Shown: one piece after another, positions 1 to 8,558 of the stretch
Position numbering within the stretch: position 1 is the stretch's first letter
Layout: each line of letters opens with the position of its first letter
Source: a virus
Lineage: Duplodnaviria; Caudoviricetes
Length of the DNA: 54,447 nucleotides
Direction: 5' to 3' (one strand)
IMG/VR virus record: IMGVR_UViG_3300037099_000532
Location: 1 to 54,447 of that record
The notes under the pieces: generated by a model
What the model was told of the DNA's origin: nothing
Seen by the model: only the letters and a program-made list of their open reading frames with translations
Databases searched by the model: none
Made by a program: the position numbers and the translations under genes

Positions 1-58
1 ACACAACGTGATACTTGCAGTCCCAGATCGTGTGGCTTCCAGGCTTCGCGTCTTGCAT
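1..58 (-). CDS. tnpA: IS200/IS605 Y1 transposase TnpA, N-terminal fragment (runs off window)
   Basis: Manual translation MQDAKPGSHTIWDCKYHVV matches the N-terminal SHT-x-WDCKYH-x-VW pattern of IS200-family TnpA. Confidence 0.85.
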   Translation of the reverse strand, partial: MQDAKPGSHTIWDCKYHVV

Positions 59-127
59 GACCGGAGCGTCGCATCCCGGTCGCCTAAAGGCGAGGGGTTT
101 ACGGATCCCCAATCGGGGACTCTAAAC
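1..127 (-). mobile_element. IS200/IS605-family element, left end with subterminal hairpins
   Basis: Hairpins TCGCCT-AA-AGGCGA (80-93) and GTTTA..TCCCC-AATC-GGGGA..TAAAC (97-127) directly upstream of the tnpA start; boundary approximate. Confidence 0.75.
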
Positions 128-948
128 TCGGAGACGATCGCGGGGCGATGACGACCCAGGGTTTCCTTCGCGCCGCGCATGACGCGAAACTCCGACCCTT
201 CGACATCGATCTTTATGAAGTCGACACGGCGGCCGCGCAGGACGTCGTCCAGCGTAGACCGGGGAGCGACCGCGCAATTTGGATTAGCCACCTCCGTTTG
301 AGCGAAGATAACGCCATTGCTTCCGATCGCCGGGCTTAACAACGCGACGCCCGGTTTATCAGATAGCGCAAAGGGTTGCACTTCGACGTGACCGAAGTGG
401 TTGGCCGCCGCGTTCATCATGATCAAACGGCAGTTCTCGGTCGACGGCTCGATCGCAATCACCTTGCCGTCGCCGCCAACAACATGCGCCATCTGCATGG
501 TCTGAAAGCCGACATTCGCGCCGATATCGACGCCGGTCATTCCCGGCCGCAGAAAGTGCCGAATGGCGTTTGTCACGTGACTTTCGAAGCCGCCCTGGGT
601 GATGACCGTATGCCCGATGGCGAAGTCAAAACGATCGGCGATGAAGCGGAAGCCGTCACACTGGACGGTCACGAGATCCTCGGGCGAGCATCGGATGTTG
701 AGGGTGGTGGGATATTTATAGCTCTCGAACGCCGAGACCACCGCGCGCAACTGCGAAAGCGGCGGCCCAGAATCCGGTATTCCGAAATGTTGAAGACGCA
801 ACATATCATCGGGCGTTGCATCTTGTCCGAAGGCGATCGCAAAAGCTTCCCTTGATGTAAGAATTGCAACCTCCCAATTGGCGGCCTTCTCCAAGAGTGC
901 GGCTCGCCTTGGCGGCACAGAAATTGAAACAGGAAACTTAGCCGGCAT
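125..948 (-). pseudogene. FkbM-family SAM methyltransferase, C-terminus cut by the IS (absent from ORF track because the frame runs off the window)
   Basis: Manual translation shows GVDIGANVG, VIAIEP, FALSD, TLDD, VDFIKIDVEGSE, RPAIVSEF, then IS sequence; start codon uncertain. Confidence 0.85.
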
Positions 949-1132
949 ACCCCCAACAGCCGTCGCGTCCAACTCGAATCTGAGCAGCTTGGCGTTCTCG
1001 GCCAGCCCGAGCCATCGAATAGAGCGCCTGCGTCAAGACGGCCTCTCTCCAAGCGCGACAAGAGGCCGCTGGCGAGGCTCCGATCAATCGAAGCGGCACA
1101 ATCGGCGGCGCACACGGGCGCCCTGCCCGCTT

Positions 1133-1324
1133 CTATCCTGGCCGCCTTCGCACAAAACCCGCCGACGCGGCCCGCGCAGCGAGCGCGCGGGCCGCGGCGA
1201 GTTCGTCGAGGGCGGCGATCAGGTCGCGCGCCAGGCGCAGCGCGGCGGCGTCGAGATCGGCGGCCTCGGCGCGGTAGAGCGCGAGCAACGCCCGCGCTTC
1301 CGCGTCCGGTTCGGCAGGCGCCAC
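1133..1324 (-). CDS. Small Ala-rich hypothetical protein, end of late operon
   Basis: Co-oriented with the operon, 12 bp after the preceding gene. Confidence 0.45.
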   Translation of the reverse strand: MAPAEPDAEARALLALYRAEAADLDAAALRLARDLIAALDELAAARALAARAASAGFVRRRPG

Positions 1325-1336
1325 GGCGACGCGGCG

Positions 1337-1678
1337 CTATTGTCCCGCCTGGCGCGACGGCGAGCCGCCGTCCAAACGACGCTCGAGACGATCGACCCCC
1401 AGCGCCAGGTTCGTCACCGTTGCCGTCAGGCCGCCGAGCTTTTCGGCGACCGAGAGCGCGGCGGAATTACCCTCCTGCTGCTCTTTCTTGGCGTCCGCCT
1501 CGAGCTGGCCGATTCTTTGCGTGTGCTCGGCGATGATGACGTCCTGCGCGCCGGCCCGCATTCCGGTGACATAGGTCGCGCCGGCGACGCTGGCCGCGGC
1601 CCCGATGAGCGCTGATAGGATCGGCCCGGCCCATGGCGCCAATTTGCTTCCGCCGTCGCTCTTCACGGTCAGCGTCAT
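1337..1678 (-). CDS. N-terminal TM plus coiled-coil membrane protein (holin/spanin-like)
   Basis: Hydrophobic WAGPILSALIGAAASVAGATYV followed by heptad-like helix; lysis-module position. Confidence 0.6.
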   Translation of the reverse strand: MTLTVKSDGGSKLAPWAGPILSALIGAAASVAGATYVTGMRAGAQDVIIAEHTQRIGQLEADAKKEQQEGNSAALSVAEKLGGLTATVTNLALGVDRLERRLDGGSPSRQAGQ

Positions 1679-1766
1679 CGATCGATAGCCCCAATTTCGC
1701 ATTCCGCGCCTTGAACTGGCGCTCTAACGCCTGCCTACGCTCTCAGCGGCGGACGCGCCGCCCGCG

Positions 1767-2171
1767 CTATTTCGCCGGCGTCGCCGCCGCCTTCGCCACC
1801 GGAATCAGCCCGTCGGCCGCGGCGATGTCGCCGAGCACGCCGGCGGCGGCCTTCAGCCGGCCGGCCGGCGTGTTCGGGCCGTCCGTATGAGCGCAGACGA
1901 TGCGCGCGTCGCGATCGAGCCGCGCCAGCGCCGCGCGCGCGAGCGCGCCGGCTTTCGTCGCCGGCGGATTGGCGGCAAGCCGCGCGCGGAGGCGGTCGGC
2001 CGCCGGCGCGGCGGCGGCGCACAGCGCCGGCAGATCGGCGGTGATTTTCGCCGCCTTGGCGTCGAGCGCGACGATCGCCGGCCCCGCCCCGCCGAAGATC
2101 GCCGCGACCCCGGAGGGCAGCGTGGCGCCGGTCAGCGCGGCGACGATGACGGCGACGATCGGCGCAGCCAT
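1767..2171 (-). CDS. Membrane-anchored helical protein with two Cys (i-spanin-like candidate)
   Basis: Hydrophobic N-terminus, Ala-rich, coupled to the lipoprotein gene. Confidence 0.55.
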   Translation of the reverse strand: MAAPIVAVIVAALTGATLPSGVAAIFGGAGPAIVALDAKAAKITADLPALCAAAAPAADRLRARLAANPPATKAGALARAALARLDRDARIVCAHTDGPNTPAGRLKAAAGVLGDIAAADGLIPVAKAAATPAK

Positions 2172-2172
2172 G

Positions 2173-2592
2173 TCAAGAGCCCGAGGCGCCGGCCGTCGTC
2201 GTCACGGCGGCGGCAGGCACAGCGCTGACCGAGGTCGTCGAGGTGTAGCCGGCGGCGGCGCAGAGGTCGGAGGCCAGCGCGCCGGCCGAGGACGCCTTCT
2301 GAAGCGCGGCCTTGACCTTGGCGTCGACGGCCGCGTCGGCCTTGATCGCCGCGCCGAGAGAAACGGTGGCGTTGATGATCGGGCAGTACGTCTTCGCCAG
2401 CGCCGCGGCGAGCTTCTCCTGATTGGCGACGACATCGGAGCCGAGCTTGATCACCGCCGTGTCGAGTGTGTCGACAGCCTGAGTTGTGGTTGCGACGTTG
2501 TCGGCGAATTTCTGCGCTGAGTCGCTAGAGCAGCCGACGACGGCGCCGGGCAAAGCGAGCGCGAGCGCGCCCAGGAGAGCGAGTTTCTTCAT
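2173..2592 (-). CDS. Lipoprotein (o-spanin-like candidate)
   Basis: MKK + hydrophobic core + lipobox VVG-C followed by Ser. Confidence 0.75.
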   Translation of the reverse strand: MKKLALLGALALALPGAVVGCSSDSAQKFADNVATTTQAVDTLDTAVIKLGSDVVANQEKLAAALAKTYCPIINATVSLGAAIKADAAVDAKVKAALQKASSAGALASDLCAAAGYTSTTSVSAVPAAAVTTTAGASGS

Positions 2593-2645
2593 GCCGGTGG
2601 TCCTGTCTTGAGAGCGCGGCTTTACCGCCCGCGCGCGGAACAGAA

Positions 2646-2715
2646 AGCGATAAACTCGCTGAAACGCGATATTATCGCTTGACTGCGAAGCGATATTGAG
2701 CGATATTATCGCTCA
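2646..2715 (+). promoter_or_regulatory. TA promoter with palindromic operators
   Basis: -35 TTGACT (2679-2684), 17 bp, -10 GATATT (2702-2707); GCGATA-T-TATCGC palindromes at 2666-2678 and 2697-2715, weaker copy 2646-2660. Confidence 0.75.
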
Positions 2716-2966
2716 TGAAAACGATCGTTCTCACCCACAAAGCCGCCAAAGAGCTAGACGCCCTTCCGGCCGCCGCGCGCCATTCGATCACGGAAGCTCT
2801 CGCGGCCTACGCGATCGACGGCCGCGGCGACGTCAAGGCGTTGGCGGGCCGCAAAGGCTTCCGGCTGCGCGTCGGAGATTACCGGGTGATTTTCGACGAC
2901 GACGGCGCCACGATCCTAGCGATCTACATCGGGCGCCGGGGAACGACCACTTACGCGAGGAACTGA
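2715..2966 (+). CDS. RelE/ParE-superfamily (HigB-like) toxin
   Basis: 83 aa; GDVKAL-G..FRLRVGDYRVIF..IGRR RelE signature. Confidence 0.9.
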   Translation: MKTIVLTHKAAKELDALPAAARHSITEALAAYAIDGRGDVKALAGRKGFRLRVGDYRVIFDDDGATILAIYIGRRGTTTYARN

Positions 2967-2967
2967 A

Positions 2968-3354
2968 ATGAAACTCCAGACCATCACCACGCCGGGCGGC
3001 GATGAGCTCGTCGTCCTGCCGCGCGCCGAATATGACGCGCTGGTCGCCGCCGCGGCCGGGCGCGAAGAGGACGCCGACGACGTTGCGATCTACGACGCGC
3101 GTAAAGCCGAACTCGCGCGCGGCGTCGACGCACGCCTGCCGCCGGAAGTGAGCGCAGCGATGCTGCGCGGCGACAGCCTGCTCAAGGCGCTGCGCAAGTC
3201 GAAAGACATGACGCAGCTCCACTTGGCGTTCAAAACCAACATCGCCCAGGGCTACATCAGCGACATCGAGTCCGGCCGCCGCAAAGGCACCGTTGAAACC
3301 CTCACGGCGATCGCCAACGCGCTCGACGTCCCGGCCGAATGGCTGGTCGACTGA
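2968..3354 (+). CDS. XRE-HTH antitoxin (HigA-like)
   Basis: C-terminal HTH_3 (MTQLHLAFKTNIAQGYISDIESGRR) after an acidic N-domain; toxin-first order. Confidence 0.88.
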   Translation: MKLQTITTPGGDELVVLPRAEYDALVAAAAGREEDADDVAIYDARKAELARGVDARLPPEVSAAMLRGDSLLKALRKSKDMTQLHLAFKTNIAQGYISDIESGRRKGTVETLTAIANALDVPAEWLVD

Positions 3355-3370
3355 GACAACCCGGGCCGGT

Positions 3371-4045
3371 TCATCGCCCCAGCTTCGCCAGGTCGTCGGC
3401 GTAGCGTTGAATCGAGTGGTTGCCGGGGATCGCCTGACCGATCTTGGCGATGTCCAAGAAATCGGCGAGCGCCTTGGGCGTGCCCGGAACCGGCTCGCCG
3501 ATCTGCCGCGGACGGGTCGGGTGGTTGAACGGCGGCCGCATCGGCAGCTCGGGCACGATGTCGCCCGCCCGCGCGTCCTCGACCGCCTCGACGCCCTGGC
3601 GCAGCAGATGACCGAGCCACGGATTAAGGAAGCCGACGCGCGGCGCGCCGAGCGCGACGACGCGAAAACGCCGGCCCGGCTGGCGCGCGGCGAAGATCCC
3701 ACCGAGCACAAGAGCCTCGGCGCCGCCGAGCGAATGGCCGACGAATGAGAGCAGCCGCGGATCGCCGGCGATTGTCGGCGCGATCTTGGCGTACAGCGCT
3801 TCGCCGGCGCGGCCGAAACCGCCGTGGACCGGCCCGACGCCGGCGATCCAGCACGGCGCGGCGCTGATGTCGCGCAACCAATCGAGCGGATCGAGGGGAT
3901 TGGTGCCGGGCATGACGACGACGAGCTCGTCGTCGCGCGGAAGCAGATCGTATTCGCAATCGAGCGCGACGCGCCCCGACCATGGGCCGCGATAGGAGAG
4001 CCCGGCGAGGCGCGCGAGTTCGGCGTGCGAGAGAAGGGCCGACAC
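3371..4045 (-). CDS. Class-3 lipase / alpha-beta hydrolase
   Basis: PGT..DWLRD, VHGGF, nucleophile GHSLG, LGAPRVG, GDIVP, C-terminal HSIQRY (Ser-Asp-His triad). Confidence 0.88.
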   Translation of the reverse strand: MSALLSHAELARLAGLSYRGPWSGRVALDCEYDLLPRDDELVVVMPGTNPLDPLDWLRDISAAPCWIAGVGPVHGGFGRAGEALYAKIAPTIAGDPRLLSFVGHSLGGAEALVLGGIFAARQPGRRFRVVALGAPRVGFLNPWLGHLLRQGVEAVEDARAGDIVPELPMRPPFNHPTRPRQIGEPVPGTPKALADFLDIAKIGQAIPGNHSIQRYADDLAKLGR

Positions 4046-4051
4046 GAGGCG

Positions 4052-4693
4052 TCAGGCCTGCGGCGCGGCGCTGATGCTGTTCGGCGCGGCCACGGTCGTT
4101 CCAGACGGCGCCGAAACGCGCGTCATTTGGATCTGGGCGCGGCCGAGCGCGGCGAGCGTTTCGTCGGTGACCCGCTGTTTCGTCCATCCGGCCTTGGCGA
4201 TCAGATCGGGAATCACCGCGGCCGCCCGCTTGGCGATACCGTCAACGATCGGATGGTCGTCGGTGAAGGTTGCCGTTGCGAGATTGCCTTCGGCCTTGCT
4301 CACTGCCGCTTCGGCGAGCGTATCGAGGTAGCCCGCGGCGGCGTCTTGGTCGGCTTGACTGATCTTGACGTGCAGGAACTTCGCCGCCAGCAGGGCGACG
4401 TCGCCGAGCGCCCATTTGATGACGCCGGCGAGCACGCCAAGCGCAAGCGGCGTCAACACCGGCAACAAGGGAGCGAGGGTGAACGTCGTCGTCGTCGCGG
4501 AGGCGTCGGCGGCGAAGGCGAGGCTTGCGCCGGCGACGAGCAGCCAGAACATGGCGAAGAGATACGCCGTGACGCGCCGCCAGCGAGCCCAAGGAACGGG
4601 CCGTGAGAACAACAGAACGGCAATCGTCGCCGCCACAACGGCGAACGGCAGGCGCAAAGCGAGCGCCGCCCACGGGTGCAGGATGAGGAACAT
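4052..4693 (-). CDS. Multi-TM membrane protein, holin candidate
   Basis: Three hydrophobic segments then a helical soluble domain, within the lysis module. Confidence 0.6.
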   Translation of the reverse strand: MFLILHPWAALALRLPFAVVAATIAVLLFSRPVPWARWRRVTAYLFAMFWLLVAGASLAFAADASATTTTFTLAPLLPVLTPLALGVLAGVIKWALGDVALLAAKFLHVKISQADQDAAAGYLDTLAEAAVSKAEGNLATATFTDDHPIVDGIAKRAAAVIPDLIAKAGWTKQRVTDETLAALGRAQIQMTRVSAPSGTTVAAPNSISAAPQA

Positions 4694-4814
4694 AGTTGGT
4701 CTCTCGATTGAAACGCCGGAATCCGCCGGCGCGCGGGAATCTTGATGACGGGGATTGGATCGTCAGCAACCCTTCGGCGGTCGCTCGCGGGTCTCGCGTC
4801 CGGGCCTTTTCAGA

Positions 4815-5117
4815 TCACGCCAACGAAGAGTCGGTCTCAGGCGTCTCGCCGCTCTTGTGAATCGGCTCCGGACGCTCTTCGCCGCGCAACAGCCAATAGT
4901 TGCCGTGCGCCTGCTGGATCGACCCGTGCATGATTGAGGTCGCCCGCAACAGCTTTTGGCCGTAGTTATCGCGCTGGCCTTCGACGTCGTTGACGTACAC
5001 CACGTTCACGCATTGCGGACCCCAGACCTCGGTGATCAGCGCGTCGTAGCGCCTGCCCCGCGGATCGTAGAAATCCACCGCCATGCCGCGGTGCTGTTCG
5101 CGCGTTACTTCCGTCAT
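4815..5117 (-). CDS. Hypothetical phage protein
   Basis: GAGGAG SD, globular composition, in operon. Confidence 0.65.
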   Translation of the reverse strand: MTEVTREQHRGMAVDFYDPRGRRYDALITEVWGPQCVNVVYVNDVEGQRDNYGQKLLRATSIMHGSIQQAHGNYWLLRGEERPEPIHKSGETPETDSSLA

Positions 5118-5186
5118 CGTTTGCTCCTCGTCTCCGGACTATCCGGAGAGGCGCGGGGCGACGCGCTCGCCCCAATTCGATTTGCG

Positions 5187-6044
5187 CTAAGCGCTCGCCG
5201 CGTCGAGCGCCGCCCAAGTCAGCGGGCCTAGACCGTCAGTCGCGAGGCCGTGCGCCTTCTGAAAGGCTACGATCGCCTGTTTCGTCTTGTTGCCGGCCCA
5301 TCCGTCGATTTTGAGCGGCTGCCCGTCGTCCGACGTTGCACCGGCTCTATTGAGCCGCCATTGCAGATCGGCGGCGGAATGCGCGGGATAGGTCGAGACG
5401 GTCGGATGCGGCGCTGGCGCTTCGTTGGGGTCATGCCGCGCCGCGCCACCGTGACTTGGCTCCGGCGGGACGTCGGGCGGCAGCTCAGCCTGATGCGGCC
5501 CCGGCGCGCCATGCAGCGCGAAGGGCGGCAGCGGCCCGTCGCCGAAGGCGTCGACGGCCTCTTTCGTGTAGGCGACGAGCTTCAGCCAGGTCTCGGAGCC
5601 GATTGCGCTGCAGTCGACATGGCCGCCGCCGGCGGCGCCGAGATCGTGGTGCTGGCACAGGCCCCGCCCCTGCCCGCCCTTGGCCCACACCGGCGGAATG
5701 CCGTAGGCGCGGCAGCACCAGCCGGCGACCAGCGCTGCGGAGCGCATCGTCTCTTCGCTCATCCCCTGGGCGGTGAAGCCTTCGATCTCGAGCGAGATCC
5801 CGCGGCCGTTGAACTCGCACTCGGCCCAGGCCTTGGCGCTGAGCGGAACGAGCTGCGTCAGCTCGCCGCCGTCCTTGCGCAGGCAGAGATGGGCGGAGGC
5901 CTTGGTGGCGGCGCGGCACAGCCAGTTGACCGAGCCGAGATAGCCGCCCTCCATCATATGGAAGACGAACAGGCCATGGGCGATCGGCGTCGGCGTGTAG
6001 CTCGGCGACGGAACCTGTTTGACGGGCGGCATGGTGACAGTCAT
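5187..6044 (-). CDS. Endolysin: N-acetylmuramoyl-L-alanine amidase (Amidase_2) + C-terminal PG-binding domain
   Basis: FVFHMMEG, ASAH, AWA..N..ISLEIEG, QHHD; PG_binding_1-like IDGWAGNKT..FQKAHGL-DGLGPLTW. Confidence 0.9.
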   Translation of the reverse strand: MTVTMPPVKQVPSPSYTPTPIAHGLFVFHMMEGGYLGSVNWLCRAATKASAHLCLRKDGGELTQLVPLSAKAWAECEFNGRGISLEIEGFTAQGMSEETMRSAALVAGWCCRAYGIPPVWAKGGQGRGLCQHHDLGAAGGGHVDCSAIGSETWLKLVAYTKEAVDAFGDGPLPPFALHGAPGPHQAELPPDVPPEPSHGGAARHDPNEAPAPHPTVSTYPAHSAADLQWRLNRAGATSDDGQPLKIDGWAGNKTKQAIVAFQKAHGLATDGLGPLTWAALDAASA

Positions 6045-6163
6045 CGAAAACTCCTCATCAGTTGGAAGGCGGCCCACGCCGCAACGACGACGCCCGAGAG
6101 AATTGCGATCGCCTTGAGCGCGGCCGTCAGCGCGAGAACGACAATCAGAACCGCGATGGTCAT
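6041..6163 (-). CDS. 40-aa hydrophobic peptide, micro-holin candidate (not in ORF track)
   Basis: MTIAVLIVVLALTAALKAIAILSGVVVAAWAAFQLMRSFR; GAGG SD; ATGA overlap with the amidase start. Confidence 0.65.
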   Translation of the reverse strand: MTIAVLIVVLALTAALKAIAILSGVVVAAWAAFQLMRSFR

Positions 6164-6170
6164 CGCCGCC

Positions 6171-6692
6171 TCACGGCCTCACAAAGACGAGACCGCGCCG
6201 CCCGACCGTCGCCTCGGCGACGCGACGATTCCAATTGCCCGACAGCAACCGGATCGACCCGTCCGGCTCGACGCCGGCGACGAAACCGACGTGATGCGGC
6301 GCGACAGCGAGATCGCCGACGCGCGGCGCGTCGACGCGCGTTCCGTAGCGGTAGGCGCTCGCCGCCAAGCGGTTCGGCAGCGGCGGCAGGCCAACGCGAC
6401 GCAGCACGAACGATACGAAGTCGGCGCACCACGGCCCGACAGTCCCGGTCGGATTGGCCTGCCCGAGCCAGCGCGTCGCCTCGTCGACCACGCGCGACGC
6501 GCCGCCCCACGCCTGCCCGGCCGCAATCGCCGGCGCGCCGTCCTGCCATCCCGGCGCATAGACGTCCTGCGGCGTGAGGCCGCCGCGCCCACCGGCCTCG
6601 GCAGCGCCGGATAGGCAAAGACACGTCACGACGGCGAACACCGCCAGCGAGCCCCACAGCGGCTTTATCGGCAGTCGGGGAAATCCGATCAT
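6171..6692 (-). CDS. Exported CHAP/NlpC-P60-fold peptidoglycan hydrolase (TIGR02594-like)
   Basis: Signal peptide ending AEA; PWCADFV, GDLAV..HVGFV, LSGN motifs; AGGAG SD. Confidence 0.85.
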   Translation of the reverse strand: MIGFPRLPIKPLWGSLAVFAVVTCLCLSGAAEAGGRGGLTPQDVYAPGWQDGAPAIAAGQAWGGASRVVDEATRWLGQANPTGTVGPWCADFVSFVLRRVGLPPLPNRLAASAYRYGTRVDAPRVGDLAVAPHHVGFVAGVEPDGSIRLLSGNWNRRVAEATVGRRGLVFVRP

Positions 6693-6830
6693 GGTCGTCT
6701 CCTGGAGAAGCATTCAGGCGGCGGCCGAGAACGCCGGGCGCGCCAACGCGCCCCGCGGAGGAAGCGGGTCGGGCATGACGATCCTTTCGATCTGGACTAA
6801 GATCAGGCGTTCAAACCCGCGAGGACGCTC

Positions 6831-6971
6831 ATGGGCCGTCTCAGGAGTTTCATCACCGCGCTGCGGAAGGCGCTCACGCGGCGGCGGCGCGAACGCGTCC
6901 CGCTTCTGCCGTGGTCGGAAGACGCCGAAACGCGCGCGGTGCAGCGCGACGAGATCGACGGCTGGTTCTGA
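6831..6971 (+). CDS. Possible 46-aa antisense-oriented small protein
   Basis: GAGGA SD, MGRLRSFITALRKALTRRRR...DEIDGWF; fills the gap between tail and lysis genes. Confidence 0.4.
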   Translation: MGRLRSFITALRKALTRRRRERVPLLPWSEDAETRAVQRDEIDGWF

Positions 6972-6972
6972 G

Positions 6973-7398
6973 TCAGTCGATCACGATCGCCGCGGCGGCG
7001 GCGATCAGCGCCGTGACTTGCGCGGCGGTCAGCGGCGACGGGACGGCTGCGGCGAGCGCCAGCAGTGCTTTCGAGTCGGCGGGGATTTGGTTGGCCCCGA
7101 CGGCGAAGAACGCCGTCAGAGCGGCATTGTTCTGCGCCTGCACGGCGGCCTGCACTTGCGCCCAGGTCGGCGGCGCGAAGCCGAGCGCGGCGGGCGGATC
7201 GTTGCACACGACCTCGAGCTGCCACAGCAGCGCGGTCGGGACCGGCGCGGAGGCAAGCGGCGCCGGACTCGGCGTATTCCCGACGGCAAGCCAAGCCTGT
7301 ATATCAGCGCTGCTGACGAGACGGCTCTCCATCGACCCGTCGGCGTTCACGCGCACGACGGCAGTGTTCGAGTCGTCCGTATATTGCCAGCCGCTCAT
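6973..7398 (-). CDS. Tail fibre assembly/accessory protein
   Basis: ATGA-coupled to the fibre-like gene; WLAVGNTP-P motif typical of fibre chaperone-like proteins. Confidence 0.6.
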   Translation of the reverse strand: MSGWQYTDDSNTAVVRVNADGSMESRLVSSADIQAWLAVGNTPSPAPLASAPVPTALLWQLEVVCNDPPAALGFAPPTWAQVQAAVQAQNNAALTAFFAVGANQIPADSKALLALAAAVPSPLTAAQVTALIAAAAAIVID

Positions 7399-8543
7399 AG
7401 TTCGGCTCCGGTGAAATAGAATGACGTCGGCGTCATATCCAATTGGAAGAGGTATCCCGCCGTGAAGCTCGCGGTGGCGGTTGCGACGTAGATTCTCGCC
7501 GCGGACACGCTCACGCTGCCATTGATCGACAGTGCGCTCAAGGCGACGGGCGCCACGATGCTATCCTCGGTCGCCCAGATATTGGCGACCGTTCCGACAA
7601 TAACGCCGGTGACGGGAACCCGAGTTGGGATCGAAAAAAATACCGTAAAGTAACCGTGCGACGAGTCCCCAAACTCTCCAAGGCCGGGAAGCCGCCCGCT
7701 CGTAAACGCCGGCAAGTATCGTTGGGACTGCGCCAGCTCGACGCCGATCGGCCGCAGCTCCGGCGGCGGAACGGCTGCGGCGATCGCGTTGTTCGTCATG
7801 CCGGGCGTGGGGCGGAAGTCCGGCGCGGCGACCATGCATTTGACGGACGACGAGGCGAAAGCGGCGTTGCAATCGATGTCCACCTCGACGCCGTTGGCCG
7901 CATTGGCGTTCGGCGTCCAGGTGTAGGTCTCCAGGCACCACGTCGCGGTCGCGCAGGCCGTCAAGCTCGTCGCGCCCAGATCCGCGGTCGCGCCGGAATT
8001 GTTGGCGCAGTCGAACTTGTTGGTCCCACCATTCCATGTGTCCGCCGCCGTCGCGACGCACTCGACGATCTTCGGCGTGACCGTCGATCCGGTGTTCTGG
8101 TAGTACCAGAATTGCAGCGTCGAAACGACGCCCGCCACCGGCGACGCCATGAAGCTTTCAACGCGCTGGCCGATCTTGATGTCCGTGTTCGACGCGACGC
8201 CGTCGCACTCCAGCGCGTATTTGACGCCGACGCCGCTCGGGACGGTCGTCGATTGCTTGCAGGTCGCCGCGGCGCCGAAGCTGTAGCCAATCCAGCCATC
8301 GAGCGTGTAGCTCGGCGCACTGGCGATCGTCGTCGTCGTCGCCAGTCCCGACGCTCCGCGCTGCGCGACTTCCATCTTCGTGTTGCGGAAGACGTTGAGG
8401 AAGCCGCCGGGCATGTGCTGCGAAAGGAAGGACAGCGAAAGCGGCGACGGAGGCGGATTGGAAACGCCGTCGGCCGCCGCGCCGACGGGCGCCGCAGCGA
8501 GCGAGATGGCGATGAGAACGCCGGCGAGGATCTTGCGGAACAT
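7395..8543 (-). CDS. Tail fibre/receptor-binding-like protein with predicted Sec signal peptide
   Basis: N..RN..M..AQRG, YTLDGW, GQRVES, ELAQSQRY, terminal AEL fibre-domain pattern; N-terminal MFRKILAGVLIAISLAAAPVGAAA. Confidence 0.7.
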   Translation of the reverse strand: MFRKILAGVLIAISLAAAPVGAAADGVSNPPPSPLSLSFLSQHMPGGFLNVFRNTKMEVAQRGASGLATTTTIASAPSYTLDGWIGYSFGAAATCKQSTTVPSGVGVKYALECDGVASNTDIKIGQRVESFMASPVAGVVSTLQFWYYQNTGSTVTPKIVECVATAADTWNGGTNKFDCANNSGATADLGATSLTACATATWCLETYTWTPNANAANGVEVDIDCNAAFASSSVKCMVAAPDFRPTPGMTNNAIAAAVPPPELRPIGVELAQSQRYLPAFTSGRLPGLGEFGDSSHGYFTVFFSIPTRVPVTGVIVGTVANIWATEDSIVAPVALSALSINGSVSVSAARIYVATATASFTAGYLFQLDMTPTSFYFTGAEL

Positions 8544-8558
8544 TGTTGCCCCTCGCGG

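Noticed and set aside
7395-8543. Diversity-generating retroelement target
   Set aside because: No reverse transcriptase or template-repeat copy seen in the window
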